Shown here one piece after another: positions 25,322 through 34,413 of a stretch of 37,640 nucleotides of DNA; position 1 is the stretch's first letter; each line of letters starts with the position of its first letter. The position numbers and the translations under genes were made by a program. The stretch comes from a virus (lineage: Duplodnaviria; Caudoviricetes), in the IMG/VR virus record IMGVR_UViG_3300020045_007473, positions 1 through 37,640 of that record; one strand, given 5' to 3'. The notes under the pieces were generated by a model, which was not told where the DNA came from, searched no databases, and saw nothing but the letters and a program-made list of their open reading frames with translations.

Positions 25322-25932
25322 TTAAGCCAGTCAAAGAAAAGAAGTGCAGGTGGTGTCCTAAGAAATTCATTCCAAGAAATTCACTTCAGGTAGTTTGTTC
25401 TTACAGGTGCGCACTGAAGCATCAAAATAAAATGATCAAAGAAAATGAACAAAAGGAAAGGCAGCGATTTGAAGGAATAAAATTGTACGTTGAAAAGAAA
25501 GCGGAAGTAGAAGCGAAACTTCAGGCGATCATAAATAAAATAGCGAGATTACTGGACAAGCAGTGGACAGATTCTCATTGTATAAGTTGTTTTCGTTATC
25601 CAAGCAAACCACAGGGAGGTCACTTCTATACGGTTCAGGCATTTCCAGCACTGCGCTATCATCTTTGGAATGTTCATCTTCAATGTTACAAATGTAATTG
25701 CAAGATGGGAAGCAACAGAGTCGGATACGAGGAAGGAATTATTTATTTTTATGGAAATAAAAAACTATCTTACATCAAGCAAACTCTACCAAGAACATAT
25801 CCAGAACTCCGCAAATCAAAAGAGGAACTAAGGGAATACATTTTAACAGCGAGAGAATGCTTAAAGAAAGTTGAGAACTATGAAATCACAACACGTGACG
25901 CAGTAAATAAATTTATTGGAATCTATAAATAA
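25318..25932 (+). CDS. ninG: NinG/Rap-like junction endonuclease
   Basis: KKCRWC..KF.P..SLQVVCS..CA; CISC...GGHFY...LRY...NVHLQCYKCN. Confidence 0.8.
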   Translation: MIKPVKEKKCRWCPKKFIPRNSLQVVCSYRCALKHQNKMIKENEQKERQRFEGIKLYVEKKAEVEAKLQAIINKIARLLDKQWTDSHCISCFRYPSKPQGGHFYTVQAFPALRYHLWNVHLQCYKCNCKMGSNRVGYEEGIIYFYGNKKLSYIKQTLPRTYPELRKSKEELREYILTARECLKKVENYEITTRDAVNKFIGIYK

Positions 25933-26008
25933 ACTTAACATGGAAGAAGGCGCAGAAGTCGTTCCAAAAGTATTTAGTGAAATACATAAATCATATTCAA
26001 AAAAAGAT

Positions 26009-26016
26009 TAATTTTG
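26009..26016 (+). promoter_or_regulatory. -7 promoter box
   Basis: TAATTTTG just before ATG 26024. Confidence 0.45.
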
Positions 26017-26023
26017 TAATCCT

Positions 26024-26236
26024 ATGGTAGATGGATCAAACTACATTATTCCCTTCGGTCAGCACAAAGGTAAAGCAATTGGAACTGTCCCTGCTGGATA
26101 CCTGCTATTCCTTTACGACAACTGCGAATGGTTCAGAGGACTATCCAGAACCTATGTTGAAGAAAACTTGGAACAGCTAAGAATCGAAGCAAAAGAACAA
26201 TCTAAGAAACGCAAAACAAGTAATTCAAGCCAGTAG
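26024..26236 (+). CDS. DUF3820/QSregVF-like small protein
   Basis: IPFGQHKGKAIGTVPAGYLLFL. Confidence 0.75.
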   Translation: MVDGSNYIIPFGQHKGKAIGTVPAGYLLFLYDNCEWFRGLSRTYVEENLEQLRIEAKEQSKKRKTSNSSQ

Positions 26237-26321
26237 TCATCAGGCTTCAAATAAAGCGATTTAAAGCAGCCAAATAGAAGATCAATGGCAAAGTAAAGGG
26301 AAACAGTTAAAACAGCGCAGA

Positions 26322-26621
26322 ATGAAGAAAATCATCATCATGTTATTATTCGCTTCAAGCATCGCTTCAACAAGTGCTCAAGCATCGCTTGAAACAAAAG
26401 AACGGTTCTGTGAAGTAACCTGCAAGCAAAACGGATTAACCCAAAAGGTGACAGCAACTATTGACTCAGGGCAAACAACAATCAACTCCAAACAGGTATT
26501 CGAAAGTAACGTCCAAGTTCTAAACTTCATGTCCAATAACGGATGGCAGTTCGTTACCTGTTATTCAACAACTGGTGGAGGTGGATATGTGATTTGGTAT
26601 TTATTTAAAAAACGGGATTGA
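26322..26621 (+). CDS. secreted small protein (DUF4177-like)
   Basis: Signal peptide; VLNFMSNNGWQFV...YLFKK. Confidence 0.65.
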   Translation: MKKIIIMLLFASSIASTSAQASLETKERFCEVTCKQNGLTQKVTATIDSGQTTINSKQVFESNVQVLNFMSNNGWQFVTCYSTTGGGGYVIWYLFKKRD

Positions 26622-26622
26622 A

Positions 26623-26883
26623 ATGCAATACAGAATCATTCGAAGAATTTACAACAATGGAATTATAAAGTATCTTCCAGTAATGGTACTTTTCGATCAG
26701 CCGTTCCATGAATCAATTAGCAATGAAAATATGGGAGGTGGATGTATAATGAATAAATGGCTTGACAGTATGAACGAATGTATAGAAGTTATCAGAAATC
26801 ATGCTTCATCTTTCCCTGAAGAAAGTACATCTAATCCATTTACAGTAGAAGATATTGATACCAAAGGAATAGAATTCGAATAA
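26623..26883 (+). CDS. hypothetical protein
   Basis: MQYRII...Y.P pattern. Confidence 0.55.
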   Translation: MQYRIIRRIYNNGIIKYLPVMVLFDQPFHESISNENMGGGCIMNKWLDSMNECIEVIRNHASSFPEESTSNPFTVEDIDTKGIEFE

Positions 26884-26893
26884 AAAAAATGTT

Positions 26894-26901
26894 TACTTTT
26901 G
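26894..26901 (+). promoter_or_regulatory. -7 promoter box upstream of the terminase operon
   Basis: TACTTTTG. Confidence 0.5.
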
Positions 26902-26952
26902 TAATAAATAATGAACTTGAAAATCTAAAGTAGTTATTTTTAGATACTTAAC

Positions 26953-27249
26953 ATGCCAGCAGGAAAACCAAAAGGATACCCAAAAGCAGGTGGTCGTCAA
27001 AAGGGTGTACCAAATAAAAAGACCGAAGCAGTTCGCACTCGTATTAAATGGGTATTATCTTTATTAGAGCCAACACTTAAAGAGGACATTGCAAAGTTAA
27101 GTCCAACAGATCGCGTTCGAACTTGGGTAGTATTGCAAGAGTATGAACATCCAAAACTCCAACGGCAAACCATAGTTGATGACGAAGGCAAATCAGTATC
27201 AATCGTAAAACTTTATCTACCTGACAATAAGCGCGACAACCAAAAGTGA
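26953..27249 (+). CDS. terS: terminase small subunit
   Basis: GGRQKGVPNKKT motif; overlaps the terL start. Confidence 0.7.
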   Translation: MPAGKPKGYPKAGGRQKGVPNKKTEAVRTRIKWVLSLLEPTLKEDIAKLSPTDRVRTWVVLQEYEHPKLQRQTIVDDEGKSVSIVKLYLPDNKRDNQK

Positions 27250-28733
27250 CAGACATCTATCCGCAGCAGGGATTCCAGACAGACTTCCTTTCCAGTGAAG
27301 CGGACATCGTCATCGGAGGTGGAGCAGCAGGTGTCGGCAAAACTTTCGCACTGCTTTTAGAACCTGCAAGACACATTGAAAACAATCCAAAGTTCGGAGG
27401 TGTATTTTTTCGCAGAACATATCCACAGATAACAAATGAAGGTGCGTTATGGGACACCTCGGCTGAACTTTACTTTCATCTTAAAGGCAAGATGAATGAG
27501 AATAACTTGGAATGGATATTCCCCTCTGGAGCCAGTATTAAATTCAGTCACTTACAGCACGAAAAAAATATCTATGATTTTCAGGGAGCGCAGATTCCAT
27601 TCATAGCATTTGATGAACTAACACACTTTACAGAAAAGATGTTCTTTTATTTGTTGAGCCGTAACCGTTCAACCTGTGGAGTAAAACCGTACGTCCGAGC
27701 AACCTGTAATCCTGATCCTGACAGTTGGGTTGCACGTTTCATTGAATGGTGGATAAATCAAGACACTGGCTTCCCTATTTTAGAGCGATCTGGCGTCATA
27801 AGATACTTTATTCGGGATGCAGGTGTCATTGTATGGGGCGACAGCGTAAAAGAAGTCCTAAGCAAAGTTCCGCACGTACTGGAAAGTCTACCAAAAGAAT
27901 ACCGAGAGGATGAAACAGAACTTGGACATTTAGTGAAATCCGTTACGTTCATAGCAGGGAATATCTACGACAATAAAAAGTTGATGGATAAAGATCCAGA
28001 GTACATTGGAAACCTGTTGGCTCAAGACGATGCCACAAAACAACAACTCCTTTTTGGAAACTGGAAAGTAAAGCCTGACACAACTTCACTCATAGAATAT
28101 CCTGCGATACTGGATTCTTTCAGTAACGAACACGTTCCAGAAGGCAAGCGATACATCACTGCTGATATAGCTTTACATGGTTCGGATATGTTTGTCATCT
28201 TCGTGTGGAGTGGATTACGTGTGATTGATGTAGCTGTAATGAGCAAATCAAACGGAGCGCAGGTGGAGCAGCGATTAAAGGAACTGGCAAAAGTATATTC
28301 CGTTCCACAGAGTCAAATCGTTTACGATGCTGATGGTGTAGGTGGATTCTTAAAAGGATATCTGATGAATGCCGTTTCGTTTAACAATGGAGCAGCGTCT
28401 ATTCAGGTGGTCGGGAATAAACAGAACTACAAGAACCTTAAGACGCAGTGCTACTATCTACTCGCTGATGTTATTAACAAAGCTAATATCTTTATTTCGC
28501 CAAAAGTTGCAAATGAAAAAGTAAATGCTAAATTTATCCGCGACCAGTTAATCAGTGAAAGCATGGTTATTAAGAAATATAAATCCGATGAAGATGGTAA
28601 GTTACGCATCATTCCAAAGGAGCAGATGAAGAACATGCTCGGACATTCACCTGATTACATGGATGCAATGATGATGCGTATGTATTTTGAAATAAGACAA
28701 AGAGTATTCACACCTCCAAAAGTTTACGTTTAA
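27246..28733 (+). CDS. terL: terminase large subunit
   Basis: GGGAAGVGKT Walker A, IAFDELTHF Walker B, ATCNP, TADIA..GSD and SPDYMDA nuclease motifs. Confidence 0.95.
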   Translation: MTDIYPQQGFQTDFLSSEADIVIGGGAAGVGKTFALLLEPARHIENNPKFGGVFFRRTYPQITNEGALWDTSAELYFHLKGKMNENNLEWIFPSGASIKFSHLQHEKNIYDFQGAQIPFIAFDELTHFTEKMFFYLLSRNRSTCGVKPYVRATCNPDPDSWVARFIEWWINQDTGFPILERSGVIRYFIRDAGVIVWGDSVKEVLSKVPHVLESLPKEYREDETELGHLVKSVTFIAGNIYDNKKLMDKDPEYIGNLLAQDDATKQQLLFGNWKVKPDTTSLIEYPAILDSFSNEHVPEGKRYITADIALHGSDMFVIFVWSGLRVIDVAVMSKSNGAQVEQRLKELAKVYSVPQSQIVYDADGVGGFLKGYLMNAVSFNNGAASIQVVGNKQNYKNLKTQCYYLLADVINKANIFISPKVANEKVNAKFIRDQLISESMVIKKYKSDEDGKLRIIPKEQMKNMLGHSPDYMDAMMMRMYFEIRQRVFTPPKVYV

Positions 28734-28734
28734 C

Positions 28735-29421
28735 ATGGTTCACATTAAGATTGACGATTCAGATAACACGTACAAGTTTCCAACCAGTTGGTACGAAGTT
28801 ACCGTTCATCAGTTTTTGCAACTGCGCAAAAAGGATACACGTGATTTCATTGAACTGGTTTCGATACTTAGTGGAATCAGTTATGAAAAACTCTTCGTCT
28901 GTCAGCAAACCGATCTTGATGAAAAGTTATTCCCTTTCATGCAATGGTTACATGAACCGTTAACTGAAAAACAGTTAAGCAGAGTAAAACATATTTCATT
29001 CGGAACAAAGCAGTATCCAGTTCCTGATGGTAAAGTTCCATTCACATTCGGACAGAAGATTTCTTTACAAAATAAGTTGATAGAATCAAAAGAAAAGGAA
29101 GGCTCAACATTGGATTGTCTTGCATTTGCTGTTGCTGTTTACTTTCAACCGATCGTGACTGGTGAAAAGTTCAGCACAGAAGCAGCCGAGAAATTTGCAG
29201 TTGAGCAGGTGTTGCAATGCAGTATCACTGAAGCGTGGGGAGTCGCTGATTTTTTTTTGAAGAAATCAAGCGCATCATTGCACGTGACACAAAATATCTT
29301 TCAGCCAGACCAGATAAAATGGAATTGGCTGCGCAGGTTGACCGCTTGGATAAATTCAAAGAGTTCGCTACGATTGACACACTCGCAGGAGGCGATCCAC
29401 TTAAATATGAACAGATATTAG
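28735..29421 (+). CDS. tail assembly chaperone (short, gpG-like form)
   Basis: FPTSWYEVTVHQF...; T9 slippery run at ADFFL. Confidence 0.65.
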   Translation: MVHIKIDDSDNTYKFPTSWYEVTVHQFLQLRKKDTRDFIELVSILSGISYEKLFVCQQTDLDEKLFPFMQWLHEPLTEKQLSRVKHISFGTKQYPVPDGKVPFTFGQKISLQNKLIESKEKEGSTLDCLAFAVAVYFQPIVTGEKFSTEAAEKFAVEQVLQCSITEAWGVADFFLKKSSASLHVTQNIFQPDQIKWNWLRRLTAWINSKSSLRLTHSQEAIHLNMNRY

Positions 29422-29528
29422 AAATGGAATACGTCACAGTCTTTACAAAGTTATGGTTAGAAAAGGAACGGAATGATTTCAGAAAACGTTATGCAGAAGT
29501 ATTAAAGAAAACAAAAGGACATCAATAA
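29250..29528 (+). CDS. -1 frameshift extension of the tail chaperone (gpGT-like)
   Basis: The -1 frame from T9 (29250-29258) reads FFEEIKRIIARDTKYLSARPDKMELAAQVDRLDKF...TIDTLAGGDPLKYEQIL. Confidence 0.7.
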   Translation, partial: FFFEEIKRIIARDTKYLSARPDKMELAAQVDRLDKFKEFATIDTLAGGDPLKYEQILEMEYVTVFTKLWLEKERNDFRKRYAEVLKKTKGHQ

Positions 29529-29541
29529 AACATCCTAAAGA

Positions 29542-30804
29542 ATGAAGCATCCTGAAGAAATATGTGAGGAACTGGTTCTGCTGCTTGATGCGGATACGTT
29601 TACTTTTTACTATGGCTCACGTCCTGATCAGAACTTCGAAGCAGACGAGTTCACATATCCAGCAGTGTTTCTTGACAAACCGATTAAAGCAACAATCAGG
29701 AATACGATATCCAATGCACGATATGCGACAGTGAACATGGTGTTGTTCTTTGCTTACAAAGTAGAGATAGACGCTACTGAACCAGAGAAGTTCGCGCAGG
29801 CAAAACAGACAGCATGGACAGCAGCAAGGGAATTCGTATTGAGATTGCGCAGGTACGATGATTATATTACCGATGTAAAAGCGGAAACACTTACAGATGT
29901 TGATCATGTGTTCGATATAAATCTTGCAGGCTGTTTATTGGAAGTGACTGTTGAAATAAAAGACGTTGATCCAACGTGTATAGACGCTGTTGTTGTTTCA
30001 CCTCCAGTTGAAGTAAGCCCTCCAGATGTTACCCCTCCAGTGGAATACGATGCAGATGCGCAGGCTTACTTTGATGCACTGCCAGAACCGATCAGTGATG
30101 CACGAAAAGAAATCATCAACGACATGGTTCTTGATTTGAAGGCAACAGGGAATTGGGATGAATTGGAACAGTTGGCAATCTTAGCAAATGAAAACGAAGA
30201 TAATGCGCTTATTGATTTAATGCTTCCTTCGCGTTCAATGATTAATGTAAACACAGCAACATTCGTTGTGGACGAAGGATTTTATTCAGGTGGAATAAAC
30301 GGATATATTGATTGGAATCTTCCTGTTAATACAATGACTAAGTTGACAACGAACAGTTCATGTATTTTTGTTTACAATAGATTAGAACCTGCATCATCAT
30401 CTTATTTTGAATTTGGTGCAAGGGATTCTGGTTACGCAACAGTAATTTATTTAGCTTCTAAATACTTTGACGGAACAGTGTATGCTGAAAATAATTGTAT
30501 TAATGTTGGAAATTCAGGAAATTATGTTGAGGCGCTAAGATTTCATGCGTCACGAAGGGATTCATCAACACATCAAGAATACTGGCATGATGATACTTTG
30601 ATTTATACCGTATCACGTGCATCGTCAGGACGTCCGCCTGTTTCATTGCATACGAACGGATTAAACGGAAACGGAGTTCACGAGTCATCAAATTTTGCTA
30701 CTCAAAACTATTCGATCATAGGTTGCGGAAGCGGAAATGTTGATGTGGCTGCGCTTTACAACACCATACAAACATACATGACAGCAATCGGAAAACAAGT
30801 ATAA
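29542..30804 (+). CDS. tail terminator-like domain fused via a (V[S/T]PP)3 linker to a lectin/LamG-like module
   Basis: N-terminal ~150 aa YPAVFLD...AREFVLRL...AGCLLEV; C-terminal YDADAQAYF...LKATGNWDEL module. Confidence 0.55.
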   Translation: MKHPEEICEELVLLLDADTFTFYYGSRPDQNFEADEFTYPAVFLDKPIKATIRNTISNARYATVNMVLFFAYKVEIDATEPEKFAQAKQTAWTAAREFVLRLRRYDDYITDVKAETLTDVDHVFDINLAGCLLEVTVEIKDVDPTCIDAVVVSPPVEVSPPDVTPPVEYDADAQAYFDALPEPISDARKEIINDMVLDLKATGNWDELEQLAILANENEDNALIDLMLPSRSMINVNTATFVVDEGFYSGGINGYIDWNLPVNTMTKLTTNSSCIFVYNRLEPASSSYFEFGARDSGYATVIYLASKYFDGTVYAENNCINVGNSGNYVEALRFHASRRDSSTHQEYWHDDTLIYTVSRASSGRPPVSLHTNGLNGNGVHESSNFATQNYSIIGCGSGNVDVAALYNTIQTYMTAIGKQV

Positions 30805-30808
30805 AACA

Positions 30809-31072
30809 ATGGCTGAACAAATATTGACACTCGTTCCAAAGAAAGACGCAAACATGATCGGCAAGTTCATGGAAGGAAAAAAGAAAAACAAAAATAAAAT
30901 GTTTGATCCTTTCGTGAATGAAACAGACAACGGTCGGTTTGCATGGTCTGAAAAAATGGTTGAAAAGGCGACAGCATATTGCACAAAGAACAATATCCAA
31001 ATTGATTTTACTGCGATGAATACAAAGAAAATGTCGAACGTAGTATTTAAACCGAACACAGTAATCGTATGA
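30809..31072 (+). CDS. hypothetical protein
   Basis: Coupled ORF in tail region. Confidence 0.55.
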   Translation: MAEQILTLVPKKDANMIGKFMEGKKKNKNKMFDPFVNETDNGRFAWSEKMVEKATAYCTKNNIQIDFTAMNTKKMSNVVFKPNTVIV

Positions 31073-31599
31073 ATGCCGAAATAGAACAGGTGCTTACACA
31101 GTTCATAGAAACCTTACAGGTAGAGATACAGGCAGGACTTCCACGCAGCGTATCTGGAAAGACTCGCGCAGGTGTTGAGTCCAATGTTACCAGTTCAGCG
31201 GATGGAATCAGTGGAACACTTACTGCTCCTAAATATATTTTTACGTTTGAATATGGCAGACCTCCAACGAGGCAAGGTGCAACCAAAGGAAGTCCGACAC
31301 TTCAACAGGCGATTGAACAATGGGTGGAGGCAAAGAACTTCCGATGGTCACGTGAAATAAAACGCGGTGGAAGTACATTTATTAAAGTGCTTACAGCAAA
31401 GCAAATGTCATGGGCTATTGCAATCAAGATTCACAAGGAAGGGAATAAACTGTTTCGTGATTTAAAAGGAGGTAAGACAGGTGTGATAACAGGAGTCGTA
31501 ACCGATGCACGTATAAAAGCATTCACTGATGCGTTCAGTGAAAAGACTTCACGATTAATTTTGAATGATGTTTACAAAGATATCCGAATCAAGGCATGA
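31069..31599 (+). CDS. tail completion/neck protein
   Basis: SGKT...EYGRPP...AIEQWVEAK...WAIAIKIHKEG. Confidence 0.65.
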   Translation: MNAEIEQVLTQFIETLQVEIQAGLPRSVSGKTRAGVESNVTSSADGISGTLTAPKYIFTFEYGRPPTRQGATKGSPTLQQAIEQWVEAKNFRWSREIKRGGSTFIKVLTAKQMSWAIAIKIHKEGNKLFRDLKGGKTGVITGVVTDARIKAFTDAFSEKTSRLILNDVYKDIRIKA

Positions 31600-33683
31600 G
31601 CGTAACAATAACACAGCGACCACAAAGAACAGTCACAGAAGATCCTGAACAGGTATCGCGATGGAATAGCTGTTGGCATCCAACGATATTTGAGATGCAG
31701 CGCGAGGATTATCAGATTGCATCTATGGAAGAAAACACTGGAACAGGTGGAGGGGTTATGATTACAGTTGATGATTCCATTGAGGATGAAGTTGCAATCG
31801 GGGATATGATCTATGTGAATGACGGTGGATTGTATGATGGTTCTTATGAAGTGCTTGATGTGTATGCTTTATCTCCACAGACAGTAATTGTTATTGACTC
31901 CTCGATACTTACATTTGTAAGTCCTCCAACTGGTTTTATCAACTTAGTACGGAACGGATACTTTGTCGAAGTTAAGATACTGGAATACTCAACAGGCAGC
32001 GCAGTTGAAATTGATGATGCGTATCCGAGGTTCAGTCCAAATAATTCTGGGCTCATTAAAGCCGATTTACAGGTATATCTTCGCACATTGCTAAGTAGTA
32101 TCAGCACGATTGGTTATGATGCAGTAAACGAAGCCGAATCAGGTCTGGGACAGAAATACAATATTCAGTTCAGAGAGTATTGGGTTGCGAATGGAGAAGG
32201 CGAATGGAGTGTGCTATCGGATGACAATATTCACTATACCATAAATGGAGTGAAGCGCACTGGAGATCAGTACGGACAGAACTTTGGATTGTACGTTATG
32301 TTCCCTGCGGATAGTGTTTCACCAATTGAGGAAGGATCACGTGGAAAGTTTCTTACCATGTTTGAGCAGCCAGTTTTCTTTACTGGCTATCCGTTTGACA
32401 TTTCGTTTATCTATTCACAGGAGTATGAAGATAGCGGTGATCCCCTGATTAAGATTGAGGAATTGCTTGACGTGAATGAAGGTTACTTAAATGAAACCAG
32501 TACTGTTCTAAATGAGTTCGGTGGATTTGTGAATCGCATGATGCTTGAGGAGGATTATGATAGTACTGTAAAGTACATCGCGATGACACTGCGAAATCAG
32601 GGAATGGATTGTACACCTTCGGGAAATAATCTTTTACTGAATGGGGGCTTTGATGATCCGAATCCAGCGTCACCGACATTCTACTGGCAGCGTCAGGACG
32701 GTGCAGGAAACACAATGGTTGACGATTACACAAACAACCGATGCGAACTTTCTGGAGTGAATGGTTCTGAAGGATCAGCCTGTTATATCTTACAGACAGG
32801 GCTCAATATCGATTCAGATCAAGTGTTTAACTTCTCAATTCAAATTGAACAACTGCTTCAGGTTTCAGTTACATACAAAAGCAATCTTTTGTTATATCTA
32901 ATAAATTCCGATTCATCTAAGATGTGCGTCATCCAGTTTGACAGACGCAATATTGGTACGAATGGAGTATGGTTGTTATCTAGTTTTGATACTGGTCAGG
33001 TGATTAAGATAGTTGATACAGATGATATTTACGGAACATACGATTTTAATATTCCAACTTCGTACTGGTATCCGAACAGTTCATCATTAACAGAAGGATT
33101 TTATTTCAGAGCCGTTGGATCAAATGCAGGATGGGATGACGTATGGTTTGACTTGGTAGATGTTCAGGAATGTGTATTGACAAATCCTGCGGAAGTAGAA
33201 GATGGGTACTATGATTATACAGGAGCAGCAGCAATCAGTGAAACAAAAATAATTGAGGTAGATCCAGTCTGTGTTGATAATGCAGAATACTTCAGATGGT
33301 TAAACCCTTTGGGTGGATTTGATTACTGGTTGTTCCACACTGCGCAGGACGTGACTGATAAAACAGGTGATGAAAAAATATTTGAGCCATACGTTGAGGA
33401 TCTTGCAGTAGCATCCGCACGTGAAGAAGTAATCAGTAAGAACACTGAAGAGGAGATGGTTCTTGGTGCGCAGAACTTAACAGTGAGTCAGGTAAATGGA
33501 ATCCGTTACATGTTAAGGTCAATAAAAGTTGAACGATACATGGGATTGAACAGTGACAACGAACATACATGGCAGACGGTAAGAGTGAACACTGGTTCGT
33601 TCTTAATACAAAAGACAGATGAAAATAAATCTAATATTCAATTGATCGTAAAACTCCCAAGTCCGTACAATCAAATGCAGTGA
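31596..33683 (+). CDS. minor tail (distal-tail-like) protein with inserted carbohydrate-binding-like domain
   Basis: RWLNPLGGFDYWLF motif; insertion starting NLLLNGGFDD and ending VWFDLVDVQE. Confidence 0.65.
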   Translation: MSVTITQRPQRTVTEDPEQVSRWNSCWHPTIFEMQREDYQIASMEENTGTGGGVMITVDDSIEDEVAIGDMIYVNDGGLYDGSYEVLDVYALSPQTVIVIDSSILTFVSPPTGFINLVRNGYFVEVKILEYSTGSAVEIDDAYPRFSPNNSGLIKADLQVYLRTLLSSISTIGYDAVNEAESGLGQKYNIQFREYWVANGEGEWSVLSDDNIHYTINGVKRTGDQYGQNFGLYVMFPADSVSPIEEGSRGKFLTMFEQPVFFTGYPFDISFIYSQEYEDSGDPLIKIEELLDVNEGYLNETSTVLNEFGGFVNRMMLEEDYDSTVKYIAMTLRNQGMDCTPSGNNLLLNGGFDDPNPASPTFYWQRQDGAGNTMVDDYTNNRCELSGVNGSEGSACYILQTGLNIDSDQVFNFSIQIEQLLQVSVTYKSNLLLYLINSDSSKMCVIQFDRRNIGTNGVWLLSSFDTGQVIKIVDTDDIYGTYDFNIPTSYWYPNSSSLTEGFYFRAVGSNAGWDDVWFDLVDVQECVLTNPAEVEDGYYDYTGAAAISETKIIEVDPVCVDNAEYFRWLNPLGGFDYWLFHTAQDVTDKTGDEKIFEPYVEDLAVASAREEVISKNTEEEMVLGAQNLTVSQVNGIRYMLRSIKVERYMGLNSDNEHTWQTVRVNTGSFLIQKTDENKSNIQLIVKLPSPYNQMQ

Positions 33684-33988
33684 TGGTCAAGGCAGGTGAC
33701 AAAATAGTTTATCAGGGTAAAGCATATCCCAAAATAAATCTTCACTATGGTTATATCTATAAATGTCTTGGAGTCAGAGAATGCGGAGGTTGTAAAAACG
33801 GAGTTCATGTGGATATTGGTTTAGTTCATCAAGATAGATACACTATGTGCGGAACATGTAAGAATATCATAGACATGGATGAAACTTATTCTATTCCATT
33901 TGTGTTATTCCGCATGGCAACCACAGAAGAAATTGAAATCTATAACGAAGCAATTTTAAATAAAAGTTTATGTCAACAAAACAACTAA
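33680..33988 (+). CDS. Cys-rich hypothetical protein
   Basis: CGGC and CGTC; SH3-like KAGDKIVY start. Confidence 0.55.
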   Translation: MMVKAGDKIVYQGKAYPKINLHYGYIYKCLGVRECGGCKNGVHVDIGLVHQDRYTMCGTCKNIIDMDETYSIPFVLFRMATTEEIEIYNEAILNKSLCQQNN

Positions 33989-34413
33989 ACACAGAACGCG
34001 AATGGCGCAGAGCAGGCGAACGGTTCTATGCTGAAACACGTAAAAAATTACAGGATCATCTTGAGAAGTTTATCGAGGACTGCAATGGTAAAGACGAATA
34101 TGAAATCAAAAAACTTTATTCGTTCTATGAAGAGGAGTGGAAGATGTTTGCCTTAAAGAACAACACTGGCAGAAGTGTATTTACAATCTATGGTGACTCG
34201 TTTGAAGCAGCCTGCATGAATGGATACAAGACAATCAGCAAGGTTGATCCAAAGCAAGTTCCATTTGACATTAACGAAGCAAAGCGGATATTCCATTTTC
34301 TTAAAAAGAAATCGTGGATTCATAACATGGCTGATAAATTTAAAAGAAACAAGTTCAAAGAACAGGCTAAAAAGCCTTTTCAGGCTGCAAAACCTTTTGA
34401 AGTAGTGAAATGA
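33970..34413 (+). CDS. hypothetical protein
   Basis: Coupled ORF, charged and helical. Confidence 0.55.
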   Translation: MSTKQLNTEREWRRAGERFYAETRKKLQDHLEKFIEDCNGKDEYEIKKLYSFYEEEWKMFALKNNTGRSVFTIYGDSFEAACMNGYKTISKVDPKQVPFDINEAKRIFHFLKKKSWIHNMADKFKRNKFKEQAKKPFQAAKPFEVVK

